This document shows positions 1-7,366 of a stretch of 64,000 nucleotides of DNA, piece after piece. Every line of letters begins with the position of its first letter. The first letter of the stretch is position 1. Both the position numbers and the translations under genes were made by a program. The stretch spans positions 44,030-108,029 of the forward strand of contig PLLX01000164.1 of assembly GCA_003141415.1 (NCBI GenBank), given 5' to 3'. Origin of the DNA: Bacteroidales bacterium. Lineage in GTDB: Bacteria > Bacteroidota > Bacteroidia > Bacteroidales > VadinHA17. The notes under the pieces are model-generated. The model was not told the DNA's origin and ran no database searches. It saw only the letters and a list, made by a program, of their open reading frames with translations.

Positions 1-1182
1 TTTTATCTTTTCCTTCTGAAGAGGGAGAAGCATCTTTTCGTTCTTCAAGAGTACAATTGATTTTTCAGTAGCCTTCCTGACAAGCTCCCTTGCTTCCTGT
101 TTTGTCCATGGAGCTATTGTATCAGCAATTCCTATCTCTGAATAAGGATTTTGGGGTGAATTATCGAATAATCCCAATTTAAGTAGAACTCTGAAATTTC
201 CATAAATAGCTTCTTCAATATCTTTTTCAGTTATTAACCCCTTCTCTAATGCTTCTTTAACTGAAGGTCTGTAATCATCGAGAAACATAGTAATTCCGGC
301 TTTAATACATTCTGCAGCAGCAACAGGCAAAGAAGAATAATATGCATGTGTGGTTAACAGTTGTTTAAATGCACCGCCATCAGTTGATATAATGCCTCTT
401 AATCCCCAGTCTTTCATAGTTACGTTGCGCAATACGGGACTGACTGCACACGGAATACCATTATATTTATTGTAGGCAGCCATAAATGCCTGCGATCCAC
501 CTTCTGTCACTCCCTTATAAAATCCATATGAATAATATTCGCGGAATAACCTTTCATCAAAATCAGAGCTGTTATATGCCCTGTTATTCTCATTACTGTT
601 TGCAAGAAAGTGTTTCATTAAGGAAGCTGTTTTCCAATAGACCGGGTTATTGCCCTGAAGTCCTTTCACATAAGCAGTTACAAGAGTTCCGGTCAGGAAT
701 GGATCTTCACCATAACATTCCTCTGTTCTTCCCCATCTGATATCCCTGCCTAGGTCAGCATTCGGGGCAAAAACTATTAGTCCTGAAATTCCGAAGTTTT
801 TATTTTGAGCGAGATACCTGCTTTCAGTGGACTCCCATCCGGCAACCTTTTCAATCATCTCAGGATCCCACATTTCGGCCAGGCCGATTGACTGCGGAAA
901 TGTCGTAGTTGGTGAAGCTTTAGCTCCTTTCACGGCCCAGTTAGCCGGACCGCTGTATGCCAGACCATGAAGTCCCTCAATGGTATGGGTGCCTTTTATT
1001 CCAAGACGGGGAACAGAAATGCGGGTTGAGAGACAATTTATTTTTTCATCTGTTGTCATTAATGAAATAAGATTCCTAATCCGTTCATCCTCCGAAAGAC
1101 GGGTATTCTGAAACGGGTAGGTTTGTGCCTGGGTTAATAAATGGACAAAAACCAGAGTGATACCTAAAATTACTTTTCTCAT
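1..1182 (-). CDS. Glycoside hydrolase family 3 (beta-glucosidase/beta-xylosidase-like), N-terminal 394 codons; C-terminus lies beyond the window start
   Basis: Edge-truncated, so absent from the ORF track. Manual minus-strand translation from ATG at 1182 stays open to nt 1. It gives MRKVILGITLVFVHLLTQAQ (signal peptide), then FAPNADLGRDIRWGRTEECYGEDPFL, KHFLANSNE, GIISTDGGAF and SIVLLKNEKMLLPL, which are GH3 catalytic-domain hallmarks. Confidence 0.85.
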   Translation of the reverse strand, partial: MRKVILGITLVFVHLLTQAQTYPFQNTRLSEDERIRNLISLMTTDEKINCLSTRISVPRLGIKGTHTIEGLHGLAYSGPANWAVKGAKASPTTTFPQSIGLAEMWDPEMIEKVAGWESTESRYLAQNKNFGISGLIVFAPNADLGRDIRWGRTEECYGEDPFLTGTLVTAYVKGLQGNNPVYWKTASLMKHFLANSNENNRAYNSSDFDERLFREYYSYGFYKGVTEGGSQAFMAAYNKYNGIPCAVSPVLRNVTMKDWGLRGIISTDGGAFKQLLTTHAYYSSLPVAAAECIKAGITMFLDDYRPSVKEALEKGLITEKDIEEAIYGNFRVLLKLGLFDNSPQNPYSEIGIADTIAPWTKQEARELVRKATEKSIVLLKNEKMLLPLQKEKIK

Positions 1183-1329
1183 TATATAAAAAATTACAAC
1201 TGGTATTTTAGAACTTTCGAGGACTCTAATTTACTAATTTGTCAAGTTAAATATCCTATAGAATATGTATAACATTTATGAAAGTCTTGGAATTTCTATA
1301 TATTAGTGAGATCATAATCAGATCCAAAG

Positions 1330-2748
1330 ATGAAACATTTGATAATTTCAATAGCATTAATTTTAATAACAGTCAATATTTTGTCTGCACAGGAAGTACC
1401 TTGGCAGGGAGTTTCAATAGATTTTAATCATGGTAAACTGAAAATATCAGAAAACAGACGTTTTTTGATTTTTGAAGATGGAACACCATTTTTCTATCTG
1501 GGTGATACCGGTTGGGAATTATTTCACCGTCTTAATAAGGATGAAGTTGAAAGGTACCTTGAAAACCGCCGTGCTAAAGGATTTACTGTAATTCAGGCAG
1601 TTGCTCTTGCCGAATTTGATGGTTTGAATATCCCAAATGCAGATGGCAATAAACCATTAATCAGCAATGATCCGCTTAAACCCAATGAAGCCTATTTTGC
1701 TTATGTCGACTGGGTGATTAAGAAAGCCGGGGAAAAAGGGATGTTTATTGGGCTTTTGCCGACATGGGGAGACAAAGTTGACAAGAAATGGGGTATTGGA
1801 CCGGTGATATTCAATAAAGAAAACGCATTCGGATATGGTCAGTGGATAGGAAATCGTTATAAAGATTTTCAGAATATTATATGGATAATTGGTGGAGACA
1901 GGGATGGCGGAGGTGATAATAAAGTTATATGGGACTCTCTTGCAGAAGGAATAAAATCGGTTGATAAAAATCACCTTATGACATTTCATCCGGGCGGGGA
2001 ACGTAGTTCTTCAGATTGGTTCCAGGACAGCAAATGGCTAGATTTCAATATGTGTCAGACCGGACATGGTCAGCGTAGTTATGCAATTTACAAAAGGTTA
2101 ATTGTTCGTGATTACGAACTGAAACCTATGAAACCATGCTTTGATGGTGAATCCCGATATGAAGATCACCCTGTCAACTGGAATCCCGATGTACTTGGCT
2201 GGTATAATGACGCCGATGTGCGACAGGCTCTGTATTGGAATCTTTTCAGCGGCTCATTCGGACATACATACGGTTGTCATCCTGTATGGCAGTTTCTGAC
2301 ACCTGTCAGAGAGCCTATTGGATTGGCACGTCACAACTGGTACGATGTGCTTGACCTGCCGGGAGCATGTGATCTTATTCATGCCCGAAGGTTATTAGAA
2401 TCGAGACCATTCCTATCGAGAGTGCCTGATCAGTCTTTAATTAGCCCTGCTTATTTCCCAGAAACAGATTATGTTGTTGCTACCCGGGGTGACGGATATG
2501 CATTTGTCTATTTCCCAACAGGATGGACTGCTGAGATTCAATTGGCTAAGATCGGAGCTAAATCTGTCACAGCTTACTGGTTCGATCCACGAAAGGGAGA
2601 AAGTAAGCTGATTGAAACATTCCCCGGAACAGGTACCCGTAAATTTACACCACCCACCGGTGGCAGAGGTAATGACTGGATCCTTATACTTGATGATACA
2701 TCGAAAAATTTCAAAGCTCCGGGATCCAAAGAGTTGATTATAAAATAA
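1330..2748 (+). CDS. DUF4038 / GH140-like glycoside hydrolase (apiosidase-type family), secreted
   Basis: 472-aa ORF with a signal peptide. DGTPFFYLGDTGWELFHRLNKDEVERYLENRRAKGFTVIQAV, LPTWGDKV and IIWIIGGDRD match my recollection of DUF4038/GH140 proteins. Confidence 0.75.
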   Translation: MKHLIISIALILITVNILSAQEVPWQGVSIDFNHGKLKISENRRFLIFEDGTPFFYLGDTGWELFHRLNKDEVERYLENRRAKGFTVIQAVALAEFDGLNIPNADGNKPLISNDPLKPNEAYFAYVDWVIKKAGEKGMFIGLLPTWGDKVDKKWGIGPVIFNKENAFGYGQWIGNRYKDFQNIIWIIGGDRDGGGDNKVIWDSLAEGIKSVDKNHLMTFHPGGERSSSDWFQDSKWLDFNMCQTGHGQRSYAIYKRLIVRDYELKPMKPCFDGESRYEDHPVNWNPDVLGWYNDADVRQALYWNLFSGSFGHTYGCHPVWQFLTPVREPIGLARHNWYDVLDLPGACDLIHARRLLESRPFLSRVPDQSLISPAYFPETDYVVATRGDGYAFVYFPTGWTAEIQLAKIGAKSVTAYWFDPRKGESKLIETFPGTGTRKFTPPTGGRGNDWILILDDTSKNFKAPGSKELIIK

Positions 2749-2763
2749 TGTATTTTGGTCCAA

Positions 2764-2806
2764 AGCCCCCCATATAGGGGGTTGGGGGTAGAAAGTCAGG
2801 GAGGTT
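2764..2806. repeat. GC-rich hairpin element (REP-like, possible bidirectional terminator) between convergent genes
   Basis: cccccc-atata-ggggg-tt-ggggg-tagaaag sits in an otherwise AT-rich spacer between stops at 2748 and 2822. It shares the core tttctacccc..ccccct / agggg..ttggggg with 24303-24352. Confidence 0.5.
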
Positions 2807-2821
2807 GAGATAGTTACTAAC

Positions 2822-5002
2822 TTATTTTACCTTAATGATTTTTTGAAGGGAGAATGTTTTTCCTTCTTCTGTAATGCCCTGAATATTAATTATATAGTCT
2901 GATTTATTATCAGAACTCCAGAATTCAATTATGGCTTTACCATCTTTGTCAGGCTTAACAGATGGATTCCAATAAAGTGTATTTCTATAATCGGGTATCC
3001 TGCTTTCCAACGTTTTTTCAGATGAATAATCAGGGGAAACAAATGACCTGACGGGATCTATTACCCTGTAAGGCAGCCTGATCATATAGTCGGGAAGTGA
3101 GACACAACTAAATTCGCCCGACTTAGTAATTACATTTACTATTCCGGAGAAAATATATTTTCCAACCAGATACTTTTCCTTAATAACGTCAATTTTCTCA
3201 ACAATTTCAGGATCAAGATTAGCTATCATTGATGCATCTTTTATTATTACTCCATCTATCATTAAACATGGTGAGGTAACAAACTGATCATCATTAACAC
3301 GATAAGTTATTGATATTTCGTAAGTGGACTTTTTCTTTTTGAGAGATACGCCAGGTAAAAGTTCAAAAAAGATCTCATTCATAACAGGCAGGCTAATGTA
3401 ATCCGCCAGAATTAGTTCTATATCAGGTTTGCCATAAAATCTTAATGGTTTTAACGGTGGAAAAACCGGATTCAATGGGTCTCCAGGAGCAGGAATGCCA
3501 TAAATTTTCTGCACCTGATGGTTCACACTCAACTTTGATACGTGAGGAGGTATTGGCCGTGTGGTTGAATCAACAGATACACCAGACTGAAGATATTGAT
3601 CAGAAAATGATGATTCGATATTAATTTTGTGATTTTTGCTAACATCATCTGGCATGATTATTAAATCCTTAAGCCCTTCATCTATATGAGCATTGAAACT
3701 AAAATTACCTTCATTATCTGTTTTGGCATATCGAAATTCTGCCTCTTTACCAGGCGTACACATCAAAAGAATTTCGCCAGAATGAACTGCTTGCTGATCA
3801 GTGGTAAAAAGTTTTCCCAAAAGGAGGTGATCTTCTTTTTCAATCTGGTACTTATAATGAGGAAGATCCGTGGATAGTATATTTGCCCAGTCAATCCAGT
3901 TACTTCTGACATTTAAAAGCAGACTATCCATGATTTCAGTAGGAAGCTCTTTTATTTTTACACCGTTAACCGTATTCCGTCCTGCCAATCCGTACTCTGT
4001 ACCAAATACCAGGTAATCATCCATATACATGATTTCCATGTCATTTGTCAGGGGAGCAACTGATATACTTAGATTTGTTGAATTCAATAGGGCAGGTGCC
4101 TCATTTCCGGGGTCAATATCAACGGTGATTTTATTCCTCAAGCCACAACTATCCAAAGAATGAAGCGTAAGAAAATTAATTTTCTTTTCCGGTGTATAAA
4201 TAAATCTTTCACAAACCGGTTCACCTTTGGAATTAAATATTGTTATCTGATTAATTCCGGTACTAAGCACAGACTTGGGAATATTGATATTTGTTGTATC
4301 TTCTGTCATCTTTTCAGCACTTACATGGTTAATATTGCCATGAGTCTGAATAAAAATGTAAAAAAGGCTATTGTTTTCAGACCGGAATTTATTATCTGAA
4401 CTTATGATTATTTCCAGGTTATCTTGCTTGGAATTATTAACTTTAAGAATTACCCCGGTGTTTTTAATCTCCCGGGTAATATTATTATTATTTTCTTTCT
4501 TTATGAAATCACCTGTATTTAATTTCCCTTTAAAGACTTTGGGACTTATTGTATTATACACAGTAATGTCCTTCGCAAAGCAATTATACGGAAGAAAATT
4601 TTTCATCCAGCTGGTATAGGCCCTTATGGTATAGATGCCTGTACTTAAAGTGTCGGGGAGTACAATTTGTCCCGGACCTGATCCCTTATCGACAAGTATC
4701 CGTTTTTGTATGATTGGCCTGTTTTCGTTATTCAACAATTCAAAGTATACAATACGGCTATTTAGAGATGGCTTTAAACTCTGCCTGTCAATCAAATAAA
4801 CATTAAACCAGAAATCTTCTCCTGATATATACTCCTCTCTGTCAGTGTGAATATATATCTCCTCTCTCGGAACAGATTTACAGTATTTTAAGAATCTTTG
4901 ACTAAGATAATCAGTCATATTTAGTGGTGTCTGACCATAAATACTCTCCAGAAACAGGAGCTGTATCAGAAAAAGAATCGCAGTTTTTAATCTATTTATC
5001 AT
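2822..5002 (-). CDS. Secreted 726-aa protein with MG2-like, CarboxypepD_reg-like and TonB-receptor-plug-like segments but no beta-barrel; function unknown (cassette A)
   Basis: Signal peptide. N-terminal EEIYIHTDREEYISGEDFWFNVYLID is MG2/Ig-like. Central YAKTDNEGNFSF is prealbumin-like. C-terminal LPVMNEIFFELLPGVSL...LMIDGVIIKDASMIANLDPEIVEKIDVIKEKYLVGKYIFSGIVNVITKSG is plug-like. Paralogue of 12366-14552. Domain calls are by eye. Confidence 0.6.
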   Translation of the reverse strand: MINRLKTAILFLIQLLFLESIYGQTPLNMTDYLSQRFLKYCKSVPREEIYIHTDREEYISGEDFWFNVYLIDRQSLKPSLNSRIVYFELLNNENRPIIQKRILVDKGSGPGQIVLPDTLSTGIYTIRAYTSWMKNFLPYNCFAKDITVYNTISPKVFKGKLNTGDFIKKENNNNITREIKNTGVILKVNNSKQDNLEIIISSDNKFRSENNSLFYIFIQTHGNINHVSAEKMTEDTTNINIPKSVLSTGINQITIFNSKGEPVCERFIYTPEKKINFLTLHSLDSCGLRNKITVDIDPGNEAPALLNSTNLSISVAPLTNDMEIMYMDDYLVFGTEYGLAGRNTVNGVKIKELPTEIMDSLLLNVRSNWIDWANILSTDLPHYKYQIEKEDHLLLGKLFTTDQQAVHSGEILLMCTPGKEAEFRYAKTDNEGNFSFNAHIDEGLKDLIIMPDDVSKNHKINIESSFSDQYLQSGVSVDSTTRPIPPHVSKLSVNHQVQKIYGIPAPGDPLNPVFPPLKPLRFYGKPDIELILADYISLPVMNEIFFELLPGVSLKKKKSTYEISITYRVNDDQFVTSPCLMIDGVIIKDASMIANLDPEIVEKIDVIKEKYLVGKYIFSGIVNVITKSGEFSCVSLPDYMIRLPYRVIDPVRSFVSPDYSSEKTLESRIPDYRNTLYWNPSVKPDKDGKAIIEFWSSDNKSDYIINIQGITEEGKTFSLQKIIKVK

Positions 5003-5027
5003 TTAAAATACTTTCATCTGAAATTTG

Positions 5028-6161
5028 TTATTTATCATCAACCCAGAAATCAGGTTTTACTTTTGTTCCTCTTAAAGTACAGTCAGCACATCCCTCATTA
5101 GTCGTGATTTCATAAAATGGCACGCATGGCGGGCCTCCACATTTATGGGCAAACAGAATCCAGGCAGTAATATTAACTCCCGGGAAATCAGGAGAGTATA
5201 CAGTATCAGTAATGCACTTGTTATATCTGTCTATAATACCTTCAAAATTATCTGTTATAAAAAGTCTTTTAGATGATTTGGCTGAAACACTAAAATAGCC
5301 CAACACCTTCTCAGAGGGATTCTCAACACAGTAAAGATTACTCGGAACAGAAGCAGGGATTATATCATAAAGACCTCCTACCTGTATTGCAATATTCTGA
5401 ATTTTTTCCCAATAGAAATATTCATCTGCATTCAGTGAATACTGATTTACTAAAATGCTGTACTTTCTTTTCAACCTGTCTGTGACATTTGTTATATAAT
5501 TTATAGGATAACTTTTTATCATGGCTTTATTAAAAGCAACTGTACTTTTAATATTTATTGAATGAGATTTATCTTTTATCCAGCATGTCTGATTTGGCAC
5601 ATCAAAAAGAAGTCTGAATTCCCATGTCTCTGAGAAATCCCATCTGTAATATTTGCATATATTTTCAGGATCATGAGTATCCAATTTAATCTGACAACCA
5701 TCAACTCCCTTAAAAAATCCAGCTGGTTTCTCAATAACTGTTTTTTCATAGTATATACTGTCAATAGGTGGAACTGGGACTATCTCCATCGGATATGATT
5801 CATAAGTAAGATTACCGGATTCAGAATTTGTCTTGATATGTAACGTATAAGATCGTCCTATTACTCCATAAAATGAAGATGGGGTCAGGTATGTTCCCGG
5901 AACTGATTCTGTGAGACTGACTACATTGCCAAGATTATCGGATATTGAAACGTTGCATCCACCAACGGGTTTGGCAGCAGTTACTTCCCCAGGCGGCAGT
6001 GATTTTGAAAGTTTAATAGTGTCAGTCTCGTGCTGATCTGTTATTAAACCCTGAACGACAAGAAGTTCCTTCTCCTCCTCAATCTGGGGAACAAATTGAG
6101 TTACACAACTACTTACCAGAAGTAAGATCAGCAAAAATATTATATGTTGCTTTTTTATCAT
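5028..6161 (-). CDS. DUF4249-family lipoprotein (cassette A, copy 2)
   Basis: The lipobox LLVSSC is followed by VTQFVPQIEEEKELLVVQGLITDQ...IKLSKS...GCNVSISDNLGNVVSLTE..PGTY...GRSYTLHI...VPPIDS. This is the pattern I associate with DUF4249. C-terminal GCADCTLRGTKVKPDFW is shared by all three full copies. Confidence 0.7.
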   Translation of the reverse strand: MIKKQHIIFLLILLLVSSCVTQFVPQIEEEKELLVVQGLITDQHETDTIKLSKSLPPGEVTAAKPVGGCNVSISDNLGNVVSLTESVPGTYLTPSSFYGVIGRSYTLHIKTNSESGNLTYESYPMEIVPVPPIDSIYYEKTVIEKPAGFFKGVDGCQIKLDTHDPENICKYYRWDFSETWEFRLLFDVPNQTCWIKDKSHSINIKSTVAFNKAMIKSYPINYITNVTDRLKRKYSILVNQYSLNADEYFYWEKIQNIAIQVGGLYDIIPASVPSNLYCVENPSEKVLGYFSVSAKSSKRLFITDNFEGIIDRYNKCITDTVYSPDFPGVNITAWILFAHKCGGPPCVPFYEITTNEGCADCTLRGTKVKPDFWVDDK

Positions 6162-6167
6162 AATCAG

Positions 6168-7361
6168 TTATTTATCTTCCCAGAAATCGGGTTTTACATT
6201 TGAACCACGTACTGTACAATCTGCACATCCCTTTTTATCGGTTAGGATTCTAAAGGGAGGAGTATAATTTGGTTCATCATCAAGAATCCAGACAGTTATG
6301 CCCAATCCCGGAGGGTCAACATAAGGGATTGTATCTGTAGGGCAATCGCCATATCTATAAATAATCCCTTCAAAATTATCTTTAATGAATAGCCTCTTTG
6401 AGGATTTTGCCGAAACACTGAAGTATCCTAATACCTTTTCGGTCGGATCCTCTATGCATTTGATATTGCTTTGGACTGAGGCAGGAATTACATCATAAAG
6501 TCCTCCAACCTGTACAGCAATATTCTGTATTTTTTCCCAATAAATATACTCATCTTCATTCAAAGAATATTGATTCACCAGGATGCTGTATTTTCTTGTT
6601 AATCTGTCGGTAATATTTGTTATATAATTTATTGGGTACCTTGTTATCCTAGATTCATCAAATGCAACGGTGCTTTTAATATTTATTGAATGTGATTTAT
6701 CTGATATCCAGCATGTTTGATTAGGAACAGGAAAGAGTAGCCTGAGTATCCATGTTTCTGCAAAATCCCACCTGAAATATCGGCATTTACTTTCCGGATC
6801 ATAAGTGTTCAGGTAAATCTGGCAGCCGTCAATACCTCTGAAAAACTCAGCAGGATTCGCCTTTTCAATAACTGTTTTTTCATAATATAAACTATCAATA
6901 GGAGGAACAGGTTTCATCTCCATTGGATTTGACTCGTAATTAAGATTTCTGGTCACAGAATTTGAATTCACATGCAGAGTATAAAAGCGTCCGATTACAC
7001 CTTGAAAAGATGATGGGGTAACGTATGTTCCTGGAACTGTTTCTGACAAATAGACAATATTGCCAAGATTATCGGATATAGTTACACTGTATCCATGTAC
7101 AGGTTTTTCTTTATCTATCTGTCCCAGAGGCAATGATTCTGAAAGCTTAATTGTATCGGTTTCGTGCTGATCAGTTATTAAACCCTGAACGACGAGAAGT
7201 TCTTTCTCCTCCTCGATCTGAGGAACAAATTGAGTAATACAACTATTCAGGAGAACTAAGAACAGAATAAAAATAAATTTTTGACTGCGTCTGACTCGTT
7301 CCGACAAATCGGAACCCGGCGAAGCCAAAATCGATGAATATCTGCGAATATCTGATATCAT
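6168..7361 (-). CDS. DUF4249-family lipoprotein (cassette A, copy 1); start codon uncertain
   Basis: Paralogue of 5028-6161 and 14578-15732. The ATG at 7361 gives an atypically long region before the LLNSC lipobox. An in-frame TTG about 18 codons downstream would give a classical lipoprotein signal (MSERVRRSQKFIFILFLVLLNSC). Confidence 0.7.
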   Translation of the reverse strand: MISDIRRYSSILASPGSDLSERVRRSQKFIFILFLVLLNSCITQFVPQIEEEKELLVVQGLITDQHETDTIKLSESLPLGQIDKEKPVHGYSVTISDNLGNIVYLSETVPGTYVTPSSFQGVIGRFYTLHVNSNSVTRNLNYESNPMEMKPVPPIDSLYYEKTVIEKANPAEFFRGIDGCQIYLNTYDPESKCRYFRWDFAETWILRLLFPVPNQTCWISDKSHSINIKSTVAFDESRITRYPINYITNITDRLTRKYSILVNQYSLNEDEYIYWEKIQNIAVQVGGLYDVIPASVQSNIKCIEDPTEKVLGYFSVSAKSSKRLFIKDNFEGIIYRYGDCPTDTIPYVDPPGLGITVWILDDEPNYTPPFRILTDKKGCADCTVRGSNVKPDFWEDK

Positions 7362-7366
7362 TTCAT

